NCBI GenBank assembly: GCA_963514005.1
Contig: OY740789.1
Coordinates: forward strand, 24,676,001 to 24,740,000
DNA length: 64,000 nt
Direction of reading: 5' to 3'
Source: Raja brachyura
Taxonomy: Eukaryota
Each line of letters starts with the position of its first letter. Within the stretch, counting starts at the first letter, position 1. Below the pieces are notes generated by a model, which saw only the letters and a program-made list of their open reading frames with translations, did no database searches and was not told the DNA's origin. Made by a program: the position numbers and the translations under genes. Below are positions 13,160 through 25,619 of this stretch, piece by piece.

Positions 13160-14040
13160 ATTAGAAACATAGATAGAAACATAAAAAATAGGTGCAGGAG
13201 GAGGCCATTCGACCTTCGAGCCAGCACCGCCATTCAATATGATCATGGCTGATCGTCCGCTATCAATAACCTGTGCCTGCCTTCTCCCCATATCCCTCGA
13301 CTCCACTAGCCCCTAGAGCTCTATCCAACTCTCTCTTAAATCCATCCAGTGATTTGGCCTCCACTGCCCTCTGTGGCAGGGAATTCCATGCATTCACAAC
13401 TCTCTGGGTAAAAAAGTTTTTTCTCAGCTCAGTCTTAAATGACCTCCCCTTTATTCTAAGACTGTGGCCCCTGGTTCACCCAACATTGGGAACATTTTTC
13501 CTGCATCTAGCTTGTCCAGTCCTTTTATAATTTTATATGTTTCTATAAGAACCCCTCATCCTTCTAAACTCCAGTCACTCTTCTTTTCGTGTCCATCTTG
13601 TTACAAATGTTGGCCTTGCTGTCATCGTCCGTCCTGAAAAGGACGCAAGCTTCCGTTGACAATCAATGGAAGCCATCACTTGTCGCAATAGATGATGATG
13701 GTAGCAGAATTAGCTCGGGATACTTCCAGTTTCCAGCCCCGCAACGTGGATGCTTCTGCTATGGGGCCTAAACTCCAGTGAATACAAGCCTAGTCTTTTC
13801 AATCTTTCCTCATATGACAGTCCCGCCAACGCATGGATCAATCTCGTGAACCTATGCTACACTGCCTCAATCACAAGGATGTCCTTCCTCAAATTAGGAG
13901 ACCAAAACTGTACACAATACTCCAGATGTGGTCTCCCCAGAGCCCTATACAACTGCAGAAGAACTTCTTTACTCCTGTACTGAAACCCTCTTGTTATGAA
14001 GGCCAACATTCCATTAGCTTTCTTCACTGCCTGCTGTACC
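13160..14040 (-). mobile_element. CR1 LINE 3' fragment nested in the Helitron
   Basis: Tail (AGAAACAT)n at left; antisense of YRSKEVLLQLYRAL..PHLEYCVQFWSP. Confidence 0.9.
13576..13767 (-). mobile_element. 192-bp retroposed insert (Vingi/ingi-like 3' end) within the CR1
   Basis: 12-bp TSD ctaaactccagt at 13564-13575 and 13768-13779; minus-strand end ...gacacgaaaagaagag; family call tentative. Confidence 0.6.
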
Positions 14041-14481
14041 TAGCCTGCCGAATTGTGGACATTGTGAGCCGAATGGATTATTGTGCTGGTAGGCTCAGTT
14101 ACTCAGGCCTGATTGGCTGGCAGCTCAGAAACTGCCAAAAATTCTGCCCAAAACAGGTGAGAGAGTCTGTGAGAGAGAAGGGGGAAAGGGTAGAGAATCA
14201 ATTTTAGACATTTTTCATCTTTTCCTGCAAAGCACAGCAATGAAGGGGCTCTTAAAAAAAAAAAAAAATCTGGTTGAAATCTCAGTGAAAGGCACTTTAT
14301 ATGGACTTTTTCCTGGCCTGGCACGGGCATTTTGCGCCAAAATGCTCCTCCTGGGCTAATACGGGCATTTTGGGCAAAAGGGACTGGTTTCTCGGGTAAT
14401 AGGGGTCTTGTTGGCTGGAATTAGTGGTTTCAGGCAGGCCAAACAACTAATTTAATTTCCAAATTTAAAAAAGTATTAAAA

Positions 14482-15360
14482 ATTGCCATTGCATTTTCAA
14501 GCATAGGGCAGGCCAAGCCAAACAGCTGATTGCATTTTCATTTCATTTCCATTGCCGTTTCAAGCACAAGGCAGGCTAAGCCAAGCAGCTAAATGCATTT
14601 TCATTTCATTTCCATTGCCATTGCAGTTTCAAGCACACGGCAGGCCAAGCCAAACAGCTGATTGCATTTTCATTTCACTTCCATTGCCATTGCAGTATGA
14701 AGCACAGGGCAGGCCAAGCCAAACAGCTCATTGCATTTTCAATTAATGTTCATTGCCATTGCAGCTTCAAGCACAGGGCAGGCTGAACAGCTCACTGCAT
14801 TTTCATTTCACTTCCATTGCCATTGCAGTTTCAAGCTCAGGGCAGGCCGAACAGCTGATTGCATTTATTTCACTTTCATTGCCATTGCAGTTTCAAGCAC
14901 AGGGCAAGCCAAACAGCTGATTGCATTTTCATTTCACTTCCATTGCCATTGCAGTTTCAAGCACAGGGCAGGCCAAACAGCTGATTGCATTTTAATTTCA
15001 CTTCCATTGCCATTGCAGTTTCAAACACAGGGCAGGCCAAGCCAAACAGCTGATTGCATTTTCATTTCACTTCCAGTGCCATTGCAGTTTCAAGCACAGG
15101 GCAGGACAATTCTAACAGCTAATTGGATTTATTTCATTTACATTGCCATTGCAATTTCAAGCACAAGGCAGGCCAAGCCAAGTAGCTGATTGCATTGTCA
15201 TTTCACTTACATTGCAGTTTCAAGCACAGGACAGGCCAAGCCAAACAGCTCATTACATTTTCATTTCATTTCCATTGCCATTGCAGTTTCAAGCACAGGG
15301 CAGGTCAAACAGCTCATTGCAGTTTCAAGCACAGGGCAGGCCAAACAACATTTCATTTCC
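14482..15360. repeat. Minisatellite, 69/64-bp unit, about 13 copies, inside the Helitron
   Basis: Unit attgccattgcagtttcaagcacagggcaggccaagccaaacagctgattgcattttcatttcacttcc; source of the repetitive ORFs LPLQFQAQGRPSQTADCIFIS. Confidence 0.93.
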
Positions 15361-15984
15361 ATTAAGGGTTAACAATTCATTTATTGCAAGTACATTGCCA
15401 GACTCACAGTTCAGTTGATTCACAGCCTAGAATTTGAGTAGTGGCCTCTTCCTCACGATCTTGCAGAGAGACTGACTCATGTCCAGGCATCCAGGGTTTC
15501 ATAGTCCTGCCTTTCTCCCCCCCCCCCCCGGAAGGGGCATTACCTTCATCGCGGTGATTGACAGGCAAGAGGATCTCAAGGTTTTTTTAAACACTCATAA
15601 CTTTTTTATTTTTCAACAATGGGAAAAATCCTCGGGGCGTGCTCAGTGGAGGTGGACCGTGAGTAAGATGGCCAAAAATCATAGCGATATACGGTAGCAT
15701 TTTTTCTAAAATCAATATACAGCGCAGACAGGAAGTGGTCAAGATGAGACTTTTAATTATATAGATTTAAATAGTCCTATGTAACTAGAAAGGGGAAAGA
15801 AAATACATTAAAATAATAACATTTAAATGCTTTAAAATAAAAGTAAATCAAGAGCTTACCAGCACTTATGCTTCTCCATGGGGTTACCCCATCCATTGAA
15901 ATGTATGGAGTCGGTGTTTATTACCAAGCTGAGCGGCTGATGCCATGTGACCCAGCCCCTCTCTCTTCAACATGTCACGTTAAC

Positions 15985-17010
15985 TTTTCAGAATGGCAGG
16001 CAGTGACTAGTGGGATGCCGCAAGGCTTGGTGTTGGGACTGCAGCTATTTACAACATACATCAATGATTTAGATGAAGGGATTCAAAGTAACATTAGCAA
16101 ATTTGCAGATGACACAAAGCTGGGTGGCAGTGTGAACTGTGAGGAGGATGCCATGAGAATGCAAGGTGACTTGGACAGGTTGGGTGAGTGGGCAGATGCA
16201 GTTTAATGTGGATAAATGTCAGGTTATCCACTTTGGTGGCAAAAACAGGAAGGCAGATTATCATCTAAATGGTGTCAAGTTGGGAAAAGAGGAAGTACAA
16301 TGGGATCAGGGGGTCCTTGTTCATCAATCAATGAAAGTTAGCATTCAGGTACAACAGGCAGTGAAGAAAGCAAATGGCATGTTGGCCATCATGACAAGAG
16401 AAGTTGAGTATAGGAGCAAAGAGGTACTTCTGCCTTTGTACAGGGCCCTAGTTAGACCATACATGGAGTATTGTGTGCAGTTTTCGTTTCCAAATTTGAG
16501 GAAGGACATTCTTGCTATTGAGGGAGTGCAGCGTAGGTTCACAAAGTTAATGCCTGGGATGGCAGGAGTGTCATATGCTGAAAGAATGGAGCAGCCGGGC
16601 TTGTATATTCTGGAATTTAGAAGGATGAGAGGATATCTTTTTGAAACATAAGATTATTAAGGGTTTGGACACGCTAGAGGCAGGAAACATGTTCCCAATG
16701 TTGGGGGAGTCCAGGACCAGGGGCCACAGTTTAAGAATAAGTGTTGAGCCATTTAGAGCAGAGATGAGGAAATACCTTTTCACAGTTGTGAGTCTGTGGC
16801 ATTCTCACTGTTTCAAAGGGCAGTGGAGGCCAGTTCTCTGGATACTTTCAAGAGAGAGCTAGATAGGGCTCTTAAAGATAGCGGAGTCAGGGGATATGGG
16901 GAGAAGGCAGGAAAGGGGTACTGATTGTGGATGATCAGCCATGATCACATTGAATGGAGGTGCTGGCTCCGAAGGGTCGAATGGCCTACTCCTGCACATA
17001 TTGTCTATTG
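15985..17010 (+). mobile_element. CR1 RT + 3' end
   Basis: [21 protein letters not shown], tail tattgtctattg. Confidence 0.92.
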
Positions 17011-17559
17011 CTGTACTGGTATGATCATCCACGCCTCAAACAGCAGAGGGAACGTCCAGTTCCTACCCCCTCCCCTCCAGCTTAATACAGGTCATCAAAC
17101 TGATGCTTCCCTTGCAAGTGTATTCCACAGCCCAGTTTTTCAATAGTTAACTAGTATACTCTGAATTTCTTCCCCCACCTTTCCATATTAGCTATCTCGC
17201 CTCCACTACATCAACTATGACCTTCTATGGACTGTGTTTGTTTGCACAATGGACCACTGTTTTTTTTACACGAGTCCTGTGGTTTTCATGTATTGTTTTT
17301 TATTTTAATTTTATGTCATCCATGTGTATTGTTACATCCACATGTGTGTTATGCTGCTATGCTGTTGCTAGTAGGAATTGTTCCATTGTCAGTACATATG
17401 ACACTTAACACTCTTGACACTTTCTCAGTCCTGATGAAAGTATTCACTGTCCATTTTCCTCCACAGATGCTGCCTGACTACAGAGTTCCTCCAACAGTTT
17501 ATTTTATGCGCCTGATTTCTGCATCTGCAGCCTTTTGTGCATCTGATATTCTAGCTATT

Positions 17560-17685
17560 ATTTATCTCACAATGATAAAAAAAACAGATGATTTAATCAT
17601 TATCAGATTAGCATATGTGCTGGCTTCTTATGCATAAATTGATTCCCATGTTTCGCACTTCGCAAGTGTGACTATACTTCAATAT
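17560..17685 (+). mobile_element. Ancient SacSINE1/DeuSINE-like remnant
   Basis: aaaacagatgatttaatcattatca...aaattgattcccatgtttc...gtgactatacttcaa resembles the Deu-domain 3' part (from memory, not aligned). Confidence 0.4.
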
Positions 17686-17697
17686 TGTCTGACGATA

Positions 17698-17928
17698 TAA
17701 TCAAATCATTAAAAGGAAATGCAGTTGCTGGTTTATGCCAAAGATAGACACAAAATGCTGGAGTAATTCAGCAGGTCAGACAGCATCTCTGTAGAACATG
17801 GATAGGCGACTTTCTACTCAGGACCTTACTACAGTCTGAAGAAGAGTCGTGACCTGAAACGTCACCTATCAATGTTCTCCAAAGGTACTGCCTGACGCGC
17901 CGAGTTACTCCAGTATTTTGTGTCTCTC
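17698..17928. mobile_element. Palindromic Penelope-end dimer with 13-bp TSD
   Basis: Inverted arms; TSD ttgtctgaYgata at 17685-17697 and 17929-17941. Confidence 0.8.
17836..17863 (+). ncRNA. Minimal hammerhead ribozyme core (Penelope type)
   Basis: CTGAAGA-agagtcgtgacct-GAAA-CG-TC: CUGANGA and GAAA boxes, palindromic ACGT stem III, GUC cleavage triplet. Confidence 0.6.
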
Positions 17929-18083
17929 TTGTCTGATGATAGTTTGATTTAAAAACCTTTGTACTTTGCTACAGCTTTCACTGGTCAACATTAGAGTTTG
18001 GTTTCCTGTGGCCTGCTGCTAGTAAGCATAAACTTGAAAATTCTGTTCCTCTTTGAGCTGTTCTGAACTACTTGACATCAGCT

Positions 18084-18343
18084 GGGCGGTACAGTGGCGC
18101 AGCGGTAAAATTGCTGCCTTACAGCGACAGAGACCTGGGTTCGATCCTGGCCACAGGTGCAGTCTGCACACAGTTTGTACGTTCTCCCTGTGAACTGCGT
18201 GGGGTTTTTTCTGGGTTTGTAGGTTAATTGGCTTTGCTAAATTGTCCCCAACGTGTAGGATAGTGTTAGGGTGTGGGGATCGCTGGTCCGCGCAGACTCG
18301 GTGGGCCGAAGAGCTCGTTTCCACGCTGTATCTCAAAACTAAA
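18084..18343 (+). mobile_element. HE1-like tRNA-derived SINE
   Basis: tggcgcagcgg A box, ggttcgatcc B box, CR1-type 3' end. Confidence 0.87.
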
Positions 18344-18371
18344 TTCAGGCAAAATTGGAAAAAGAATGTGT

Positions 18372-18865
18372 AGGAAAAAGACACAAAAACCTGGAGTAAC
18401 TCAGCGGGCCAGGCAGCATGTCTGGACAAACGGAATAGGTGATGTTTCGGGTCGAGACATTTTTTCAGACTGAGAGTAAGGGGAGAGGGAACCAAGAGAT
18501 ATGAAAAGCTATATAGAACAAATTAATGAAAGATATACAAAAATACAAACAGTGAAACTCAGTAGGATGACAGTGAAACTAGTACGGCGACTAGGGTGGG
18601 GGAGGGATGGAGAGAGAGGGGAAAGCAAGGGATACTTGAATTGAGAGGAATCAATATTATACCTCTGGGATGTAAGCTACCCATGCGAAATATGAGGTGC
18701 TGTTCCTCCAATTTGCGTTTGGCCTCACACGGACAGTGGAGGAGAAAAATAAAAAGAGAATAAGGCAGTCTGAAGAAGGGGTTCGATCCGAAATGTCACC
18801 CCTTCCTTCCCTCCACAGATGCTGCCTGTCCTGCTGAGTTACACCAGATTTTTGTGTTTATCTTA
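18372..18865 (-). mobile_element. Penelope 3' fragment with inverted terminal copy
   Basis: Antisense of ...RKLEEQHLIFRMGSLHP...; terminal motif present in both orientations (18380-18475, 18766-18862). Confidence 0.82.
18770..18797 (+). ncRNA. Minimal hammerhead ribozyme core (Penelope type)
   Basis: CTGAAGA-aggggttcgatcc-GAAA-TG-TC. Confidence 0.5.
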
Positions 18866-19480
18866 GGAGAAAAAGAACAGACATGGGAAAATTAATTAGA
18901 ATTTGCCTAAGCTTTGTACAAATAAATGCTCAAAAAGAATGGCTTGGAATTCTTTGCTGTTAGCACGGAATACAGAAAACATGACTAATTTCTGACGTCA
19001 ATGTTATTTTGTTTAGAAAGATATTTTATCTCTGAGGAATTTATTAAAGCAGCTGTAGTCTTTAGCATGTATCAAACAAGGTTTTATGGTCAACAGCATT
19101 TGTAGTTTGGCCTAGTAATAAAATCAGCCTCTAATAAATGCCCATGGTGATTTTGCTAAAAATACAAGTGTTGCCCTTATCCAGTTTCTGATCCTGGGTG
19201 GCAGATTTCACAGAGCTTCTATTGGTGTGCGAGCAAAACAGTAAACATTGAACCTCTGCAATTAATCAGATTAAAGACCATCGCTGCCATGCAGAGCCTA
19301 AATCAAGATCGGAAATAGAAACTGGGTTTCAACGATGCACAAGAAGCAAAACTGAGGTTAGGAGATATAGATAGGGTTTACAAAAGATAAAAGTAGTGAA
19401 AACCTACAAAAACTGTCATCTATTTGAATTGATTAATTGAAAGATACAGCATGGAAACAGGCCCTTCAATGGTTCAATGG

Positions 19481-19993
19481 TGTTGCGGCAGATTTTCATA
19501 TCTTTCAGGAAATTAGCACCCTAGCCGCTAAATGGATGAGCATGGTTGAAGGGGGTGTCTTCGAAACGCATGCGAGCTCACTCACAGAGACCTTCAGAGC
19601 TTCTTCACAGATATAGCTTAAAAACACAGTCCTGTGATGAATAAATGCTTTATTGTTGATAGAAAACAGTAAGATACATCCAAACTTCTTCCCACGTTAA
19701 TGAAATCTTCATCGAACTCCAGCTTATTACTTTAAACATTAAAAAACTCCTCGTGTCTCTGTTACACTGGAATGATCTCCTTTAGATCTCGCATGGCCTG
19801 CATGGTCGAAGGGTTAACTTTCCCCATCTTCTCTCCAAACAAATCTAAAACCTAAACGTCTGCACAAGCATCTAAGCTCCAAACACACCCAAAAACACGT
19901 CATAAATCCCACTCACAATATAACGGGCAGTCTACAATTTAAAGGCACATGCCATCATCAATGACATGCAAAACAGGCCAAATGGCCACTACA
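19481..19993 (-). mobile_element. Solo LTR (513 bp)
   Basis: TGT...ACA ends with short imperfect inverted termini (tgttgcggc/gccactaca); 5-bp TSD aatgg/aatag; AATAAA on the minus strand at ~19650; splits a (TCAATGG)n tail. Confidence 0.7.
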
Positions 19994-20899
19994 AATAGTG
20001 CTTTTATTGTCACATGTGCAAAGTGCTAACACAGTGAAATTCTTTTTCTTGCAAACAGTCCAGTAGAGTAGTGCCATTCCCCCGAACCTCGATTAGCAAG
20101 TGTACCGAAGTAGTGTACTGATCCGCATGTAAGAGGCGCCATGTTAAAGGCACCATTTTCAAAGTTAATGCTCAGGTTCCTATGAGCGATGCCAGCTCCA
20201 GGCAAGTCCCAGGCCTCCTTCCTTGGATATCCCGTCCCTCTCCTCGCCCATCCACTTTTGTTTCCGGGGGGGGCACCTTCTGCAGCCTACCAGATGGGCG
20301 TGGTAGGCCAGACCTTGGTTCCCTCTCCTCTCCTACCAGTCTTGCTCCTCGCCTGTTGTAGTCATCACTGACTCCCTCCTCCCAGTCTCTGATCATTGGG
20401 GGAAGAGCAAGGGCCGGGCTCGGCGGATTCCATCTTCACGGCAGGGTCCAACGAGCCAGGGGCCGGCTCAGTGGGCTCCTCCCGATGCTCCAATCGGCCA
20501 GTTCGGCAGCAGGGGATGGGCTCGGCTGACTCCCCCGAAGCCGGAATCCATCTTGAGATTTACCGCGCAAGGACCGTGGCCTCCGGGGAGCCTTCAGCCA
20601 CGTCCAACAACTAATACTGCATGCTGCATTCCAACACCTAATACTGGATGAGCATTAATTTCCAGTACATGGCAAGACCAAAATCATTGCAAAATACTAT
20701 TCTGCAGGCATCTCCCCAGCAACTATCTGAAATAAAAACAAACTCATTGCAATCTTGATGTCACGTTTGTTCCCAAGATAAGGATCAGACCTCATATCTA
20801 ACAATCTTTCAGACTGTTTGTATTAAGCTTAGTAACATCGCTGCTTCCTCCCGCACATGCACGTGCAGCTTTTATTTCACTATTTTATAGCATTGTTTG

Positions 20900-21668
20900 G
20901 TTGTCTTGGGAAAGTGGGCAAAGGATTGGCAAAGTGCAAAGTGATGCTTTTTGGACACGATACACACAATGAATGAAAGGCTTTGTAGAGTTTTGTAGTG
21001 TTTCCTGAAATCAGCAACACAGGTAGACAGGGTGATGAAGAAGTGGTATGGCATAATTGCTTTCACTGGCACGGCATTGAGTACAAGAGCTGGGACATCA
21101 TGTTACAGATGTACAAACTGCACTGGGAACATTGTGTGCAGTTCAGGGTGCCATACTATAAGTATGTGATTAAACTAGAGAAGGTGCAGGAAAGATTCAC
21201 AGGAATGTTCCAAAGATTGTAGGTCTTAAGTTATAAGGAAAACTAGATAGGCTCCAACTGTTTTCCCTGGAGTGAAGGAGGCTGTGGGTTGACCTTTGTA
21301 AAATAACAGATTTATAAAATAATTAATGCGTAGTTAAGGCGGATGGTCTTACTCTTTTCCCCAGGGTAGCAGAGTCTAAAACTAGAGGGCATAGGTTTAA
21401 GGTGAGATTGGAAAGATTTCAAGAGGATTTGAGGGGCATGTTTTTCACACAAAGGTTGGTGGGTATGTGCAACAAGCTGTCAGAGGAATTGGTATGGATG
21501 GGTACAATTACAACGTTTAAAAGATGTATGGACAGGTTCATAGGTGGAAAAGGGTTAGAGGGATATGGGTCAATACAGTCAAATGAAACAAGCCGAGAAG
21601 GCACTTTGTTGAGCATGGACGAGTTGGGATGAAGAGCCTGTTTCAATGATGGGTAACTTTATGACTCC
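20900..21668 (+). mobile_element. CR1 3' part, degenerate
   Basis: GIEYKSWDIMLQMYK, HRFKVR, FFTQR. Confidence 0.82.
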
Positions 21669-22264
21669 CTCATTCTACCTTTTATAAACTTCATGTCACC
21701 ACAAATATTTTGCTGGGGTTCTGACATACCAATTCCAAAGAGCTTCAGGTTTGTAGGCTAATTGGCCTAGTTATCCCTAGTGCGTAGGATAGAACTAGGG
21801 TACGGGTGACCGTTGGTTGCCGTAGACTCAGTGGGTCTGTTTCCATGCTGTATCTCTAAACTAAACTAAGACATTATCCATCTCCTCATCAATCTATTTG
21901 GTTCCCAGTTAATCAACTATTTAATTATAAAATATCCATCCTTGTTTCCAGATCTTTCCATTGTCTCATCCTCCTTCTCTCTACAATATACGTAATAATT
22001 CTATAAACCTGACATATATATTTTTTCACCTTCTCCTGCTTTCTCAAATTTAATTGTGCAACACTGGCAGCTTTGCCATCAGTTGCCAAAGCTCCGGAAT
22101 TCCTTCTTCAAATCTCTTTTCCTCGCTACCTTTCCTTCCTGCTACACAATACTCCTCAATGCATTTGGCTTTCTGCCTCAGTATCTCCAGAAATGGCTCT
22201 TTTTTAAATGTTGTTTGTTTACTCTCACACACTTCTGAGACTCCTTGGGACATTCTACAATGGA

Positions 22265-23430
22265 CCAAATTACCAGAAGCTTATGCTGCTGTTTATGATG
22301 AAAAGGCAACCTTCTATCCGAGGTGCCCCCATTCCTTGGAAAACATGAATCCCCTCTACTGTTGTAGATGGATTCCTCACCCGAGTGTATTCTGTGTCCT
22401 GAAGTTCTGCTCTTGCTCCCCCTCCCTCCAGATGGAACAAGGATAGTGATTCCCTGATCCTCACATTTCATCCAACCAGCCTCTGCATTCAACATATCAT
22501 TCTCTGACATTTCCACCACCTCCAACGTGATCCCACCACCAGTCATATCTTCCCATCCCTACCCCTTTCCACCTCCCTCAAAGACCGCTAACTCAGCCAC
22601 TCCTTGGCTCAATCATACCTTCCCACCCAAACCACCCCCTCACCAGCTGTTTTTCCCTGCATCGCAGAAGATGCAACAACTGTTCCTATACCTCCTCCCT
22701 CACATCCATCCAGGGACCCCACCAGTCCTTCCAGTTGGGGGACAGAGGTTCATGTGCACCTCCTCGAATCTCATCTACTGCATACAGTATTCCCGATCTG
22801 GCCTCCTTTACATCAGCGAGGCCAAGAGTAGATTTGCCGACTGTTTTGCCAAAGATTTGCACTTTGCCCACTGGATCTCGTGATTGGCAACCATTTTAAC
22901 TCCTCTTTCCATTTTGATACCGATCTTTCAGTCCTGAGCCTCCTCCATTGCCAGAGTGAGACCACACGCAAACTGGAGGAACAACTCCTCATATTCCACT
23001 TGGGTTGCTAATGACCCAACGGTATGAACATTGAATTCTCCAATTTTCGTTTGCCCCCTCTCTCCCCTGTGCCGCATTTGGACTCCCACCCATTTCTCCC
23101 CTCCTGGTCTCCCTCCACCTACATTCCTTCCTCATGCTTCATAATTTGCAACTCTTTTATCCTTATCTCACATCTTTTGGCCTTTCACCTCTGACCTTTG
23201 TCCAACCATCCTCCTATCAAATCATCCCCCTCATCTGTGTCTATCTATCATCTGTGGGGTTTGTCCTGTCCCTCCTTTCTTCCAGCTTTCTTTTGTCCTT
23301 CCACCACAATCAGTCTGACAAAAGGTCCAAATCTAAAACAACAACTATACATGTTCTCCAGAAGTATTGTCTGACCTGTTGAGTTACTCCAGCACTTTGT
23401 AAACCAGCGTCTACAGTTCCTAGTTTCAAC
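22265..23430 (+). mobile_element. Penelope-like element 3' part (GIY-YIG region + terminal repeat)
   Basis: QRFMCTSSNLIYCIQYSRSGLLYISEAK; pyrimidine-rich 3' region; terminal gagttactccagca motif. Confidence 0.88.
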
Positions 23431-23729
23431 CTTCCATTTATTCTTGGTTGCATCCTTCCATTTTGTCTGGCTTCTTGTTTCAGTGGGAGTCAGCATACAA
23501 ACAAATCTGCTGACTTCTTTAGTTTTACCAGCCGAAAACTCGCATGGACCTTGAACCACAATCTGCCTTATCAGTTTTACCCCAGTTGAGGAGACGGTGC
23601 AAAGTGTGCACCATCTAGTGGACCACATTGAAGTTGCAATTCCACCATTTGCATTTGGGACTGGAGTCTATGATTGGGTTTGAGAAAAGCAAAAAGGAAT
23701 GACTGCTCTTTGGCAATCTTTAAAAATAT

Positions 23730-24022
23730 TTTACCCAGTGTAGGGGAATCAAGAACAAGGGGACATTGGTTTAAGGTAAGAAGATAAAGATTTAAAAGGA
23801 ACCCGACGTAACCTTTTTCACACATAGGGTTGTGGGTAGATTGAACAAGCTGCCAGAGGAGGTAGATGAGACTGGTACTATAACAACCTTTAAAAGACGT
23901 TTGGATAGGGACATGGATGGGAAAGGTTTTGCAAGATATGGGTTAAATGTGGGCAAGTGGGGCATTTTGGTCAGCATGCGAAAGGTGGTCCGAAGGACCT
24001 ACTTCTGCAATGTTTGACTCTG
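23730..24022 (+). mobile_element. CR1 3' end; tail interrupted by the DNA transposon at 24023
   Basis: GHWFKVR...NKLPEEV; gactct|...|ctctatgact. Confidence 0.8.
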
Positions 24023-25059
24023 TAGCAACGTTACAACATTTTGAGATTTAAAAAATCAAGTCTTCAAATTATCCCATCAGATAAAGCATAAAAAGAAGTT
24101 TAATTTGACACCTAATTCACTTTCATATCTTCAGTATTAAAAAAGTTATGGCCATTTTCATACTCGAAAATTAGCATCTTGTTCCCTATTGCTTTTCCAT
24201 TGACTTAACACAAAAGCCGTGATCAAGGACAGTCAAAAGCCCATAACTTTCTTAAAAATTAAGAGAACTGAATGAAATTTTCAGTTATTATAGATTGAAG
24301 CATTCTGAAACAAATATGACACAATCTTACTTGGATGCCCTGAAATTAAAGCATATAATTATTTAGTTACCTAGTTGTAGCTAATTACAAAATTCAATTA
24401 CTAGATCTAAACATCTATCTATTTCTTAAATAAAGGTTAACATTTTTAAAAAGCCTAAGTGTCCAAATAAGATTCACAAAATAATTCACAATATATCATG
24501 ATTTTAAAATCTCATTGTCATTAATTTATAGGCCAGATTGGGGGAATTTAGTGTATAATTCCCGTAAATTAATGGCCATTTAAATCATCTTGCGAGTGGG
24601 ATTTTGTGGAACGCGATCGATTGGAACGTTGCAGTTGATTTAAACCCCATATCGGCAGGAAAAATACTGCCGGTTCGTATGGGTCCTAAGTCACTTTTTT
24701 GCAACGTGAAATTTTGATTAAAGGCATCTTAGAAGCACGTTTATATGAAAAAATAAACGGTGTAACTTGCCTTATCCCCTATGTGAGATCTGTCCCGTTG
24801 TCGGCGTTGACGATATTAGAAGATGATTTTAATTTTACTCCTGCTATTAAATTATCCAGCGCTAATTTTAATAAACTTCATAAAACGGCAGTCAAAGCGA
24901 TTTTTCTTCAGCAACTAAACAGCCTGTTCAAAATCGATTTGAATAGTCTGAAGAAAAAACGCATTTTAAACCTGCCCCCACCTCAAAGGTGCCAAAGTCG
25001 CGCACACGGGCGGTGACAGAACTGCTGCGCTGCTGAAGGTAAGTTTTGTATCATACCTA
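24023..25059 (+). mobile_element. Non-autonomous DNA transposon, ~1.03 kb, copy 1
   Basis: Imperfect TIR tagcaacgttacaaca / ttttgtatcataccta; colinear with 34283-35315 and 62016-63048. Confidence 0.88.
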
Positions 25060-25619
25060 CTCTATGACTGCTTGATTTGTATATCTTCCTTCTTCTGAAT
25101 TGAACTAAGCAATTGAACTAACCAAATTAAAATTAAAAAAAAATCCCCAGATGGGCAAAGATGTAGCAAGCAGACTCCATGCATTACTCTAGTTTGAATC
25201 AAGCAATGCTTCTTTCCTTGCAATATTTTGTTGAGAATGTTTCTGAATGTATAAAAATGCAACATTAAGAAAGGATTCTTGGGAGAGAACATTAAAATTG
25301 ATAGAGGATTAGTTAAAGGACAGAAAACCGAGAAATGGACCATTTTTCTCACTAGGAGACAATTCCTAATGAAGTGCCATAAAGCTTAAGTCATTAACTA
25401 TTCAATTTATATATTCTGATGAAAAGTTTTTATCACTAAAAACATGAACTATGTTTCTCCCTCCACACATGCTCTCTGACCTAATGAATATTGCCAGCAT
25501 TTTTTATTTAATTTCAGTTTTCTGACATCTGCAGCATTTGGCTTTTACATCGTTTATATTAATGGTGGAGGTGAAAAGACAATGTACAACATATCCAAGC
25601 TTGGGATACTAAGTGAACT

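Larger units (their letters stand above)
13059..15765 (-). mobile_element. Non-autonomous Helitron with nested insertions
   Basis: Minus strand reads A|TCTATATAATTAAAAG ... hairpin (13070-13086) ... CTAG|T, the canonical Helitron termini inserted in an AT dinucleotide; joining both ends into one element is inferred. Confidence 0.75.

Noticed and set aside
14552-15418. Repetitive ORFs (LPLQFQAQGRPSQTADCIFIS / FHFHCHCSFKHRAG) as a repeat protein or CRISPR-like array
   Set aside because: Head-to-tail minisatellite without unique spacers; 64-bp variants shift frame; lies within a Helitron
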